A stretch of DNA of 58,158 nucleotides, counting the filler, from Basidiobolus meristosporus CBS 931.73 (lineage: Eukaryota > Fungi > Basidiobolomycota): the NCBI GenBank assembly GCA_002104905.1. It is 3 parts of 3 records of this genome, joined end to end, with 100 filler letters (N's around TTAATTAATTAA, not from the genome) between each part and the next. Parts side by side here need not be neighbours in the genome. Positions count along the whole stretch, not along the records: positions 1 to 19,903 come from MCFE01001022.1; 2 more parts are not named here. The stretch is one strand, 5' to 3'. The notes beneath the pieces were generated by a model that was given only the letters and a program-made list of their open reading frames with translations, had not been told where the DNA came from and ran no database searches. Position numbers and translations under genes: made by a program. How positions within the stretch are numbered: position 1 is the stretch's first letter; every line of letters begins with the position of its first letter. Of this stretch, positions 1 to 11,857 are shown piece by piece.

Positions 1-477
1 TGCTGGCCAGTTGATACTTCTATATTGGCACCTGGCCATCTTTGTCACCTTGCGCAAACTGAGTCAGGTGAGTTTGTGATGCCTTTAGGCTCACTCAGCC
101 TCTGGATATGGCATGCAGAGTGATTGCTCTGACAAAGAAGGCTCACTGATGGAATGTGAGCCTATCTCCCCTAACAACAGTATCATGCATGAGCCTGGTC
201 AAATCCCAATATGCAATGAGACAACACCTGTTAAACATGAATGCCAAGGATATTTTATGGAGCCAAGTGAGACCAGTAATCTATCTACTGATGAATGATG
301 TAATGTTGTGGCTAGAGAAGTGGCGTGTTTCCACTAATGTCAATAATGGGGCTTTGAGGATTTATTACTACTTCTTGCCAAAATCATTCTGGGATGCAAC
401 TTACCATGTATATGGTACAAGTGCACAACTGTCATCTGGCTGGCAACATATGATCCAGCAACTGTTCTGATTCCAGC

Positions 478-2791
478 ATGTGTCAACAGTTGCATGGCAT
501 TCACATCCAAAATGCTACTAATGCAATAAGTCCAAATTGTCAGGAATCCACCACCATTGAGGGAAAACATTGTTCACACTCTGGATATATTCCAGTAATA
601 CCCTGTCTGAGGAAGCTGATGCAGTCCAACAAATATTGCAAAGCTATGCACTACTGCACTCAGTATCAATCAAGTGCAAACATATCCAATATATTTCATG
701 GCAAACATTACAAACAGCTAAGAAGCAAGGGCTACTTTGAAAGTATGTATGACCATGCCTTTGCCTTAGCACTTGATGGATTCTCATTAAACAAGTACTC
801 TACCAGCAAATCCTGCTGGCCACTGATTCTCATCAATATGAATATGCCACCCATCCTACAGTATCAGAGCAATAATCTGATGGTAGCCTCACTGGCATCT
901 GGGCCTAAATGACCATCCAACCTGGATAGCTACCTGTATCCATTGCTGGATAAATTTTGTATGCTTTCCAGCAGGATAACAGTAAATGGCCATCATGTAA
1001 AAGTGCACATTATTATCTGCATAGGAGCTACCCCAGCCATCAGCAAGATAGCAGGTTTTTCTGGGCACAATGGACAGTATTGCTGTCAAATGTGTGAGAT
1101 CCAGGGGATTTACTCCATAACTCACACACATTATTATTACCCAAAAACCGGCACTAAAAACATCATCTTTCCGCAGAGAGAACATACAGAGTCAGCATGC
1201 AATTGGAGCAAAGTTGGCAAGCTATAAGCCATTGGCTGGGATATGGAATCAATTGGAAACCAGAGATACTTAAGATAGAGGGTATATGTTGGAGCAAAAG
1301 CTTTAGCAGCAAAGTTGGCAAGCTATAAGCCATCAGCCAGAATATGGAATCAATTGGAAACCGGAGATATTTAAGATAGAGGGTATATGTTGGAGCAAAA
1401 GCTTTCCACAGGGAGCAATGCATTTGCTTTTCAACAACATCCCTATACTGATGACCAAGTTGTACATGGGGCTTTTCAAGCTAAATGAGCCCTTTGAGAT
1501 ACTAAAGAAATTTGAAAGAATAGGCAGAATACAGCATAGTATCTGCTACCCTAAGTACCTCTCTCAGGCTCCAATCAATATTCATATTTATATGCAACAA
1601 TACAAATGCAAAGACTGAATGAACTAGATATGCATTTATTCAGGTGGCATTCTGAAGCCATTCCTGCTAAGAGTACATTGGAAGCATTGGGAGTCATATG
1701 TGGACATTGTAGAAATATTTATCCAGAAGTGGATGACCAATACCAACTTGATGCATCTACAGCTATTGTGCAAGGAGTTTGTAACAGGATTTGAACAGCT
1801 ATACTCAAGCATAAAGCTGAACGCGTAGATCTCTGCCACTGCTGATTCCATTCTCTACTCCATCTTGCATGGTGTGTGGAGAATATTGGGCCTTGCTTCA
1901 CCTTTTGGGAGTTTCCAATGGAGCAGATGTGTGGGGAGTTAGGAAGACAAGACAAGTTGCAGGTACTACCATATCCCAATCTCATCAAGAATATTACCTT
2001 CAGGCCTGTGATGGATGTGATGAGTTGGCACATGGAGGACAGCCAGGAAGCATTGGAAAATACTGAGGACAAATGTGCACATGGAGAGACCTATGCCTAT
2101 GGCATTAAGAAGCTAAGCAGCCCCAATGCATGGAAAATTAGTTAAGTGATGAAAAGTGGGGTTGGGTGCAACAAGCACCTAATTTTTATTAGGAAAACTC
2201 TACCAAGGTATGCTGGATTTCTCTTAGTCACCAGCCAACTTCTACACCATTCAATACTGAATTCACACAAACAAGAGCCAGAGTGCACATATTAGGGGGA
2301 CTAGAATCCAGCAGGGAGAAGGAATATACTGGCTAAATACCAAGTAGTTCTTTGTAGTTATTCAGGAGGTATTCCTGGCAGAAGTGGCAACCACCAAGCA
2401 TATGTTTGCAAGATTTATATGTTGCCAGCAGTACAAGGTATATGGCAACTTTGCAAGTATCACATTAAAAAGCAGTAAAGTTGAGGTGCTAGAAGTATGT
2501 AAATTGCAGCAGGTCTGTGCATTTGTAGAGGTTAGTAAGCTGGAGGCCATAGTTTTTTTGATTCAAGCTATATGTGGAACACTCAAGGTAGTAGTGGGTA
2601 AGCAAATAAAGAGGGGTGATTCTACAGTGGAATATATATATTGCACAAGGAGAGGTAGAAAAAGGAAATACCATTTGGTAAATTGGTATGGTATCATTGT
2701 ACAAACCAGTTGTAGGCCACCATACTGCCAATATAATGACATTGCAGTCTTGCTAGAGCTTGTTAAGGTATTGTCAAGTTACTTGCCATAA
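478..2791 (+). pseudogene. CACTA transposase pseudogene with many stops and frameshifts
   Basis: ORF pieces 478-912, 943-1227, 1418-1618, 1876-2145 and 2384-2791 are colinear with the copies at 21.4-23.4 kb and 27.4-30.2 kb. Confidence 0.8.
1207..1405 (+). repeat. Tandem duplication, period 101 nt, inside the transposase
   Basis: AGCAAAGTTGGCAAGCTATAAGCCA...GGAGCAAAAGCTTT starts at 1207 and again at 1308. It is single-copy in transposase copies 2 and 3. Confidence 0.9.
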
Positions 2792-3076
2792 AAGGCAATT
2801 AGATGGTCTGGCTGGTTGGATCCATTTACAATTGCTGTAGAGCACAATAAGGTCCCAACAATACCAAGCAATTGTTGTCACAGCACCAGTTAAACCCTGT
2901 CAAATTCTACCACTTTATTTGGTAGTAAAATTAGCAAAACTCTGTTGTGATCCTGTCATAAGATTGTTAAGAGGGTCACTAATTCCAAGCTGCTGGTATT
3001 ATGATGGTCTCTCAGCAGGATCCTGACAGCTGATCTGGATTGGATCCACCCACAGGCCCAAGTTATCTTAATAGGG

Positions 3077-4593
3077 ACAAGTCCCTATACCCAACACTAA
3101 CATTAAGCCCAGCCCTACACTCAACAAGTAACCCCATTAAGATCCACCATTCAATAAGTATTTCTGATGTAATGCCTATTTTCCAAGACTTTGGTGGAAA
3201 CCTGTGGCTTTATGCCACTTTTCACTCACTGGGTCCCATACATCTGGGTCTTCAGCTGTCACTGCAAGGCCCAGTACCTCATCTGCCAGTCTTTGCAATA
3301 AATCCTTGCAGTGTTCAGGTACATTTTTTTGAGTACTGCACTTGAAGAAGTGCTGCAGCCTCTTGGTGTGCACATCAGTGTTCCAAAATTCAACTGTAGG
3401 CATTGTGTTTGTCTTTTGAGTTCTTGATGTTGTTGCCTTGTTGGTTGGTGGGATCTTCACTCTCTCTGCAATGGAGGACATGGGGGCCACAGTCAACAGA
3501 TTACATTTCCTACCAAACTCCTTGACCTCACTGGAGTGTAGCTCAACTGGCTGCACTTCCACCTCTGGTGAAAATAGATATTGTCTTCTTGGTAATTCTT
3601 CTTGACTATTATGGGATTCAGCCTCTTCTGGGATGATCACTTTGGTTGGTGAGAGCTGCAGCTTTTTTCAGATTCTTCCTTGTCTTGGGCTTGGGTAGAC
3701 CTCAATCCCTTTGCCTTTGTCACTGCTTAGTCTTTCATTGCTACTTTGACTCAGTGCTTCTTGTGTTGTATTCTGTTTTCTCCTTAATGAATGCTGCACT
3801 GGTGCATCTGTTTTTTCCTGCTTCTCCATTGCCAGCACTCTCCCAGCAACCTGCCATTTCTTTGCCTCTTGCTTCAACCTATAGGCCCTGCTTGTGATGG
3901 GCTCCTGAGAAATATGCAGGATTTTATCACCATCAAGTCCTTAACTGCAACTGTGATTAAGTGCCTCTTATATTGTACTTCATTTCCTCCTTGATGAAAG
4001 CTGCACTTGTGCATCCCTTTTGCCTGCTTGTCCCTTGCTGGCACTCTTATGACAGCCTGATGCTTCTGTGCTACTTGTTTGCCACTTCCAGCCCTGCTTG
4101 TGATGGGTGCTTGTGAAAGCCACAGGTTTTTATCGATATTAAGTCCTCCACTGCTACTGCAACTCAGTGCATCTGGTACTGAACTACATTTTCTCCTTTA
4201 TAAATGCTGCACTGATGCATCTGCTTTGGCCTGCTTGTCCCTTGCTGGCACTCTCCTGGCAACTTGAGGTTTCTTTAATGCTTGTTTTGAGCCCTCAGCC
4301 ATTGCTGTAATGGGCTCCTGAGAAAGCAGCTGGTATTTATCACTGCCAGGTCCTTCACCTCTACTTTGACTGAGTGCTTCTTGAGCAGTACTAAACTTTT
4401 TCCTTGATAAATGTTGCGCTGGTGCATGTATGTCTCCCTTCTTGTCCTTAATTGGCATTTTGTGAAATCTGGGGTGCGGATATTTTTCAATGGTCACTGG
4501 ACAGTGTCCTGACAAGATCAGTACCTCTTAGTCACTGGACATTAACTTTGTGACAGCCTTTTGACGGGATCATCTCAATAATTTTTCATAGGG
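3077..4593 (-). mobile_element. CACTA-associated accessory-ORF fragment (family C) plus a CCCTA-type terminus
   Basis: 3077-4450 is the reverse complement of 39750-40720 and 14100-15000. 4460-4593 matches 40970-41104 and ends in AATAATTTTTCATAGGG. Confidence 0.7.
3793..4450 (-). repeat. Degenerate ~207-nt tandem repeat, about 4 units
   Basis: The GCTGCACT anchor recurs at 3793, 4000, 4206 and 4413 (spacing 207, 206, 207). The same unit recurs at 14168/14375/14562 and near 39.75-40.0 kb. Confidence 0.8.
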
Positions 4594-7154
4594 TAAGGGT
4601 ATTGGGTAAAAAGTTCTTTTTGGTGTGTAAAGTGTTGAGATATGCCAGAGCCAGTGTACCATGTCAGATGGTCATATTTAGTGCAGATCTGAATAGTCTA
4701 TCTTCAATTGTTGCAGCATTTCCATATTCAGGCTTCTTTTGCTGATTGTCTCTTTTTGGGACACCGGTCTGATGTGTGTCCTTTCCTTTTGCAGTAGTTG
4801 CTAAACAGATTGCAATTGCCTTTGTAAGGTCTTGGGTACCTCCTTGTTGGTTATTGTGGCTTAGTAAAGCATTTGCTTCTTCCTTCTTATTGGTGCTTGA
4901 TTTTCTTAATTCTTCATCCAGGAGCCTTCCATATACATAACTAAAGGTCAAATCTTCAGTTATAGACTCTAGGGCTAATACAAGGCCCTGAAACTTGTAT
5001 GTCAGGCTATTCAGGACGGTTACTATCACATCCTCATCAGTAGTTGGTATGCCTACAGATTCCATTTTATCCACAAGCAGAGTAATTCTGTTAATTAGAT
5101 TTTTCATTTCTTCTCCTGGAAGCATCTTTGTAATAAGGAATTCTTGTCTAAGATACATTTTCTTAGAAGCTACACACTACTGGTAGGTTTTTTCTGATGT
5201 CTTCCAGGCATTCTTTGCTGTTTTTGCTCTTGAGCATTGAAATATACCCCAATTTTTTACAACAATATTTTTTTAACTAATTTTTTTACAACAAAAGTAT
5301 TATATACACCAAAAATTTTTATCTAGCTAGCAACTATTTATTTTTTAATTGGCAAATTTATACCAATTCTCTTCTAATTTTTTTGTTCACCCAAATTATT
5401 TTCAAACAAAAAAATTTTCTTGTTCATCCAAAAATTATTCTTTGGACAAAAATTTTATAAACTGGAACAAACAAGTCATGGAAATTAACATAAGAAGAGA
5501 TATAATTCCAGAGCACAAAACGGCAGATCTATTCATACCACTTACCCACATTAATATAATTATAATTATATCAAGCGTAGATAAAAATAGTTCTATCAAG
5601 TTTAATTTGGAAAATTTGATCCTCATATTTAAAATGGATGTTATAGCAAGGCCATTATAGTCAGATGAGTCTACAATGTTATGTTTTGATTTATTTGTAT
5701 GCCACAATAATGCAACAATATTTACAAATAATCTTAGTTCTAGTTTTAACCAACCAAAAGTAGTTATCATGGGTCCAAAATTTAGCATATAAATCTTGGA
5801 TAACAAAAATATATTTGACATAATTAACGTAATAGAATTTATCTGAGTTATGTTAACCCGGAGTTTTTTGCTACAAATAGACAACAAGTTGTAAAAAATT
5901 ATACCCAAAACTAAAATGCCAACAACACAAGAAACTTTATCATCAAGACAGTGGTATTTGCGGTTGATATTATTGCAGATATTGTATATGGAATTGGCCA
6001 GGGCATTACAAACAGGTTTGATAGATGTTCCAGATATGTCGCATACAAAATCATAGGGAAATGGATTATTCAAATCATGTTTAATTTTGTGAATATAATT
6101 AATACCCGGATTGTTTGCAGAAGATAAAAGTTTCTGGTTGTTAAACATGTTTATACTGTATATCCAATCTGGGATGGGTCCACTAAAGTTATTGTAAGAT
6201 AAATCTAATATTTGCAAATCCTTATAACTTTCTAAATTTGGAATTGGACCAGACAAAAGATTATGATCAAGATAAAATTCTTCAGAGATTGCAAAATGGT
6301 CTTGGGGAATATAAGGAAATTCTGTAAGCTTATTAAAACTCAAATCTATGATATTAAAATGGCCATTCATGCAAGGACGGTCTTTGGTTAAATCTAATTT
6401 TGGTACATCTAAAATTTCTAATGCTGTTATGCTATTATTAGAAAGATTGAGATGTTCACAGAGATGTTCCCAGATATAATTGGGTAATGTTCCAGATACA
6501 TTATTGTTAGACAGATCCAACTTCTTAAAACAGTATTCACCAGGGTTATTAAAACCATAAGTGAGATCTATTCTATGATAATTTTTGCATGATTTATTTG
6601 GATCCAGTTGATCAAGCCAATATTTTCCTCCTGTATCACAATATAAATCCCAAAAAACTTTACATATATTTGTAGAATCAGACATGTCAGGTCTTCCATA
6701 TGAAGCAGATTGCATGATTGTAGAATCCATTTTGTCAGAACTTGACATTACTCCAAACTCTGAATTTTCACTAATTGCAACATGTTGTAGCACAAATAAG
6801 CCATTTTTCTTTAACATTAAGGCAAATGCAGTTAAAGGTACTTAGTTCTTTCTTCTGGTACTTTAAGGCTTCCTCTTCCACATTTTTGGGAGGGCATTCT
6901 GCTCCATTGATAATATCCCAAAGGCCTCTTTCTTATAGCAGCATCTTCATCTTCATCTTCCACACTTTGTAGTTAGAATCATCCTACTTTTCAGCAGAGG
7001 GAAAAATTCCAGTAATAGCAGTAGTAGACATAGCAGATAGTGACAGCTTGGGGTTCATAGCCTGTTGTAAGAATCTTGGAGATATTGCATGTGTTTGGGA
7101 GAACAAGTTAATTAAGTGGTTCTCACTTAATGATTTATTGAATGTAAAAGTAAT
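4594..7154 (-). mobile_element. Ty1/Copia 5' fragment (LTR end, PBS, gag), interrupted by the LRR insert
   Basis: ORF 4664-5158 (MYLRQEFLITKMLPGEEMKNLINRITLLVDKMES...) is a UBN2-type Copia gag matching 49690-50091. 6794-7154 matches the reverse complement of 49330-49690. A PBS-like motif lies at 7051-7062 next to the LTR end TGTTG at 7063. Confidence 0.9.
5435..6817 (-). CDS. Leucine-rich-repeat membrane protein (receptor-like, no kinase domain), 460 aa, probably 5'-truncated
   Basis: Five plant-type LRR motifs (KLDLSNNNVSGTLP, HLNLSNNSIT, IIDLSFNKLTEFP, FYLDHNLLSGPIP, ILDLSYNNFSGPIP), an N-cap-like LYCDTGGKYW, a Cys-rich juxtamembrane part and 4-5 hydrophobic segments at the C-terminus. The ORF is uninterrupted, and its first ~7 codons come from Copia sequence. 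Confidence 0.8.
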   Translation of the reverse strand: MLKKNGLFVLQHVAISENSEFGVMSSSDKMDSTIMQSASYGRPDMSDSTNICKVFWDLYCDTGGKYWLDQLDPNKSCKNYHRIDLTYGFNNPGEYCFKKLDLSNNNVSGTLPNYIWEHLCEHLNLSNNSITALEILDVPKLDLTKDRPCMNGHFNIIDLSFNKLTEFPYIPQDHFAISEEFYLDHNLLSGPIPNLESYKDLQILDLSYNNFSGPIPDWIYSINMFNNQKLLSSANNPGINYIHKIKHDLNNPFPYDFVCDISGTSIKPVCNALANSIYNICNNINRKYHCLDDKVSCVVGILVLGIIFYNLLSICSKKLRVNITQINSITLIMSNIFLLSKIYMLNFGPMITTFGWLKLELRLFVNIVALLWHTNKSKHNIVDSSDYNGLAITSILNMRIKFSKLNLIELFLSTLDIIIIILMWVSGMNRSAVLCSGIISLLMLISMTCLFQFIKFLSKE

Positions 7155-7498
7155 AGACTTGTTCCATTAGATAGTGCCACATAGTGCCAGCCTGTTTATA
7201 GTGCCAGATTGATCTAGCACCCTATGGCACTATCTGGCACTATAATTTCTACCATGATGCCAGTGGTATGATACAGTCACTGGTAATTTTACTCAATCTT
7301 ACTATGTTGCTCAGAATAGTGCTTTCCTTGCTTTATTTACTCTTCATAATGCTCCAGACACATTTCTCTCAGTGGACGTCATCTTGTATGAGCATACTGT
7401 GCATTAATAAGTATCTTAACTATTTTACCTATTCTGCTGTTTTCTCCTATATATGACTTTCCTTGGTACTTACCTGCCAATATGCTGAATCTCTTCAT

Positions 7499-7849
7499 TT
7501 ATCCAGATGTGTGCTCTACCCTCACTCTGAAATGATTAAATATCTCATTATAGAGCTTCTGCTTCCTGCTAAGCACACCATTCCTTGGCTTCCTATAAGC
7601 TGTAATACGTCCTAATCTGTGACAATTCTCTCTTATATAGGCTAAGTCTGCCATACATTCCTCCCCTCTACTGAATTCAGGATGATTCTCTACCCAGAGT
7701 GCTTTGTCATGCCTACTTCCAGCAAATGGCCCACTAAACCAGATGATGTTACCCTGAATGTCAGAAAGTACTTGAAACTTCACACAGTGTGCCTTGTACT
7801 TGCCAGAATAAAAGAGCCTCTGCCCACTAGAAGGTCTGTTAATCCTCAC
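7499..7849 (-). pseudogene. DDE_Tnp_4 (Harbinger/IS5-like) transposase fragment
   Basis: RINRP...FYSGKYKAHCVKFQ..SD..G...HD...ADLAY...RVRVEH matches the longer ORF at 33059-33925. Confidence 0.85.
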
Positions 7850-7856
7850 TGGGAAG

Positions 7857-8880
7857 TGATTTGTTGTATTATGATTAGTTTGGGGCTTGTTCTACAACGT
7901 AGAGGCTAATCAACAATATACAACAACTTCCAGTATGTTAACACTGAAATAGTTTATTGGGAGTCTGATATACCAATAGGAGATATAACTTTCACTTATT
8001 TCCTCAATCTTGGGCTCAAAATATACTGTAGGCAGTGTTTATCACTTCTACAGCAGTGTTCTGACCTTCTGTTGACTAATGGGCATATTTACTTTTGTAG
8101 TAACTTTTCCATATTTGGAAGTCACTTTCCTTTCTGAGAAAATATTGCCTAATATGGAAGTTCTGAGCTCCCCTTTAACCTGAAGGGGTGTGTTGTAGAA
8201 GTCTCTAAAGTGGTCTTTAGACCTAAAGGGGCATCTAAAGGGGTGTCTTTAGAGTAAAGGGGCTTCTTGTAGTGGTCTCTAAAGTGGACTTTACACTAAA
8301 GGGGTGCCTAAAGGGGCTTCTTCAGAGTAAAGGAGCTTCTTGTAGTGGTCTCTAAAGTGGACTTTACACTAAAGAGGTCTCTAAAGGGGTGTCTTTAGAG
8401 TAAAGGGGTTTTTTAGAGGGGACTTTTCCAACAGAAAAGTGGTAGTCTCTTGTAGAAGTTAGATTGGATTCTTGTGAGCTTTTCAGTCTCTTTACTGATG
8501 TAGTACTGGTCAAAGTCAGAATACTCAACAGTGCAAGTGATGCAGGGGAAGTCTTATAACCTTTAAACTTGTAATTGTAGTGTAGAGATTCTGGAAAGAG
8601 AGGCTTTCTCTTTATTTTTCAGCTGGGGAAGTCATATATATGAAAATTCTGAAGGATCAAAGTTTTTGGGTAATTGCGCAAGCAATACACGTGATACAAA
8701 GCTGAAATTTTGCAGTGGCGCAGATCGGACATAGGCGCAGCACCTGTGGGAACTTCACGTGATTTGATTGACTGGCTTAAAAGTTACATGCAATCAAAGT
8801 CACTATAGTAATCCTATCAATAAGGCATAGTACACATAATAATTGGACTCTTTTGGTCATAACTCCTTAGGTACTGCTTC
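7857..8880. mobile_element. LTR family G copy, right end deleted
   Basis: Colinear with the complete solo LTR at 41683-42877. It joins PHIS ORF2 sequence at ~8880, so a deletion removed the LTR end and the PHIS centre. Confidence 0.8.
8200..8420. repeat. TAAAGGGG-based minisatellite within LTR-G
   Basis: Repeated CTAAAGGGG/CTTTAGAG motifs with a ~73-nt higher-order duplication (8250-8396). Shorter versions occur in the other G copies. Confidence 0.85.
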
Positions 8881-10196
8881 AGCACGCATTGCTGGATTCC
8901 TTACCATCTCTTGCAACCACAGCATGCCGGTGCACATCAGTCCAGACTACACCAACACCCTTTACCAGAATGCCCTGCATCAAGTCAACGCACACGCTTC
9001 AGAGCAAAACTACCAGAACTTGCCAAACTGCGCATTTAGACACAAGTCCATTGGAGCAGACCAAATTGTGTCAACATGGAGCATCACATTGAACTCAATC
9101 AAGGGCCATCTCAACATGTCAAGTTGCGCCTGCACTTGCTGTTTTGCCTGACCATCAGCAAGTTACTTATGGTGAACTGACTGATGATGACAAACATGAG
9201 GTACCTCAACCACCAGAGCCCTTGGCAAATAAAAGAACGTGTCAGCGTGTGGCACTCCAGGCTGGTCCAGTTGGAGCAATTCAGAGCAGCCAAGCTGCAG
9301 CATCACACTCATCAACTAGGAGGCAAAATACTGACTACAAATACACAAGTAGCCAAGATGATAGTCAGCCAGGAAGTAGTATAGGTGTGCAAAGTGAGTC
9401 ACTACCAAATGCTTCAGTAGTGATCCCCATGAGAAAAAACCCAAGAGATATGATGAAATTGCTTTGAATTGCTATTATTTGTAATGATCCCAACAACCCA
9501 TTTTTTTTGCAATCCAAATCAAGCCATTGCAAATCAGTGATCATCAATTTTTTGATATAAGTAATATCAAGGTCATCTCCCATTTGAGACAGAACCCCCA
9601 TAAATAAGCAATATGCATATGTATACATCATCCAAAATACCAGTGCAGCTATTGGATCTGTTTTGCACCTACCCAATTGCTTGCATGCTAGCTATGACAC
9701 CTTGTCCAATCACTAGGATCAGGGATTTACTTGCTCAATGGGCAAAATGGGATATTTGGTGGCAAATCAGGTAGCTTGTTTAGTAGTCAATGAGCCAATT
9801 GGGGGCTGCCAGCTTCAGGATACTTTTGGAACAATTAATCACTGAGATACCATCCAATTGGAGTGATGGTAACCAAAATGGTAGGTATTGGTGTAGTTTA
9901 TAGTGAGATACACATTTATTTCCATTTACATTAAAGAAACATATCCAAATACTGGATTTTACCTGCCATAATAGTGGTATCCAATTGCGCACATGATGCA
10001 AACATTATGAGTTGGCGCCATCATCCATGCCAACCTCATTGTGTCAGATTGTGCCATAGCGTGAAAAATTGTCCCACATAGTGCAAAATCATCCAAGAAC
10101 AATCCTGCCTTGTGGTAGCTATAATATTGCGCCCAATTGTTCTTTACAACCACGGATTGCACTGCGCACCCTGGCATGGTACAATGGAACATGTCT

Positions 10197-10496
10197 AGTA
10201 TTTATACTGTTACATGGCCTTGGAGTAACAAACACATCTGACTTGTTCCATTGGATATAAAAATGGACTTTCTCCTGCATCATAAGTGATACACAGGGGC
10301 TGCTTTGCATGCAGATGCAGAGCTATGTTTCCCACTCTGTGGCAAAGTACAGGTTCACTTGGCCTCTCTGGCACACTATGGCATCATTTGGGACTCATGG
10401 CCCAATGTGGCACTATCCAATGGAACAAGTCTGTAGAATAGGTTATGAAAGGTCTCAAGAACATGTGTGCAAAGTTTGGGCTGTTTGGAGCACTTA
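10197..10496 (-). repeat. Remainder of the Copia 5' LTR, split by a PHIS MITE
   Basis: 10197-10238 and 10433-10496 match the reverse complement of the LTR at 49073-49419. Confidence 0.8.
10239..10432. mobile_element. Internally deleted PHIS MITE (~194 bp)
   Basis: GACTTGTTCCATTGGATA...TATCCAATGGAACAAGTC inverted termini. The body matches the right arm of the foldback MITEs. Confidence 0.8.
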
Positions 10497-11857
10497 GTTA
10501 CTATCAGTATTGCACTCATTCCCTGAGAGAAAAAATTGAGAAAAGGCCAGCAAAATACCATCATAGTATCAGCTGAATTTAAGGTTTTTCAGAATTGACA
10601 ACTGTCAGTATCTCTGTTCTTTGCTGATGGGCACGCAAGCAAACAAGTTCTCCATAAGGAGACTAGGCAAACTAGCATCCATACCAAATTTGGTAATTAG
10701 CTGCCCCTTACTTTCATCAAAGATTGCATTTGAAATTTTGAACCTAAAACACCTGCTGATTACCAGCAAAATACCACTAGAATACCTGAAGAATACCAGC
10801 TAAAAATTAGATGAATTCCAAGTTTGAGATTTCTCATAGGGATTTTTGTATTTTGCTTTTTGCAACTTTTAATACACAAGTCAACAATCAAGAACTTCCA
10901 ACTATGTAGAGCATATGCTCCAGACCCCAACAAGCAATCCACCCAAGAATATTATGTCATGCAGAACACACAGTAGCCAGCATATGCTTCAAATTAGAGC
11001 TAATTTGAAGCAGTATTTAAAGAGTTATGATCTAATGAGTCCAAATATTATATGTACTAGGTCTCTATTACTAGAATTACTATGGTAACCTCAATTGCCA
11101 GTAACCGTTGAACCAGCCAGTCATATCACATGAAATTTCTACAGGTGCTGCACCTATGACTGATCTGGGTCACTGCAAAATTTTAGCTTTGTGTCATGTG
11201 TATTGCTTGCAAAAAGACCCAGGAGCTTTGATCCTTCAGAATTTTTATACATATGACTTCCCCAGCTGAGAAAAAAAAGGGAGCCTCTCTTTCCAAGATC
11301 TCCACACCACATTTACAAGTTTAAAGGCTATAAGACTGCCCCTGCATACTTGCACTGTTGAGTACTCTGACTTTGATTGGTACTGCATCAGTAAAGGGAC
11401 TGCATAGCTTGTAAGAATCTAATCTAAGTTCTGCAAGAAACTACCACTTTTCTATTGCAAAAGTCCCCTCTAAGAAACCCCTTTATTCTAAAGACACCCC
11501 TTTAGAGACTTCTACACCACACCCCTTTGGATTAAAGGTGAGTTCAGAATTTCCATGTCAGGAAATACTTTCACAGAGAAGAAAGTAACGCCCAGATAAG
11601 GAAAAGTCAACATACCGGTGAATAAGCCCATTAGTTGACAGAAGGTCAGAACACTGCTGAATAAGTGGGAAACACTGCCTATAGTATATCTTGAGCCTAA
11701 GATTGAGAATATCAGTGAAAGTTATATCTTCTATTAAATAGGTATATCAAGCTCCCAACAAACCATTTCAGTATTAGCATACTGGAAGTTGTTGTTATTG
11801 TTGATTAGCCTCTTCATCATAAAACAAGCCCCAAGCTAATCATAATACAACTCAACA
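10497..11857. mobile_element. LTR family G copy (opposite orientation to 7857 and 41683), carrying a CACTA MITE
   Basis: Matches 31323-32452 and ends in TACAACTCAACA at 11857. Confidence 0.8.
10521..10841. mobile_element. Non-autonomous CCCTA-terminated MITE (family D), 321 bp, 3-bp TSD ATT
   Basis: CCCTGAGAGAAAAAA...TTTCTCATAGGG flanked by ATT on both sides. Removing it restores LTR-G sequence GCACTCATTT. A second copy is at 46591-46921. Confidence 0.85.

Larger units (their letters stand above)
1..3076 (+). mobile_element. CACTA/EnSpm (CMC) DNA transposon, decayed copy 1; left part lies outside the window
   Basis: ORF fragments carry Transposase_21/tnp2-type motifs (LALDGFS...SCWPLILIN.N.PP..Y..NNLMV..L.SGP, IG.TPAISKIAG..GHNG.YCC.MCE..G, MHLLFNNI) and a DUF4218-like motif (GPCFTFWEFPME.MCG). 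It ends in TTATCTTAATAGGG at 3076, matching the ends at 27403, 30516 and 44066. Confidence 0.85.
7155..10196. mobile_element. PIF/Harbinger-superfamily (PHIS) transposon, copy 1, with an LTR insertion and an internal deletion
   Basis: Left end is AGACTTGTTCCATT (7155) and right end is AATGGAACATGTCT (10196). Flanks AAT/AGT rebuild the Copia LTR sequence AAAGTAGTATTT. Internal sequence is colinear with 32876-36057. Confidence 0.85.

Noticed and set aside
5245-6793. Helitron or classical poly(A) retrocopy origin for the LRR insert; also short TTTTTACAACA motifs resembling Copia LTR ends
   Set aside because: No TC...CTRR ends, no terminal hairpin and no pure poly(A) tract. The short motifs could arise by chance in AT-rich DNA. 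The mechanism is left open.
8200-8420. Repeat array superficially like a CRISPR
   Set aside because: No unique spacers, irregular period, located inside an LTR, no cas genes, eukaryotic context.
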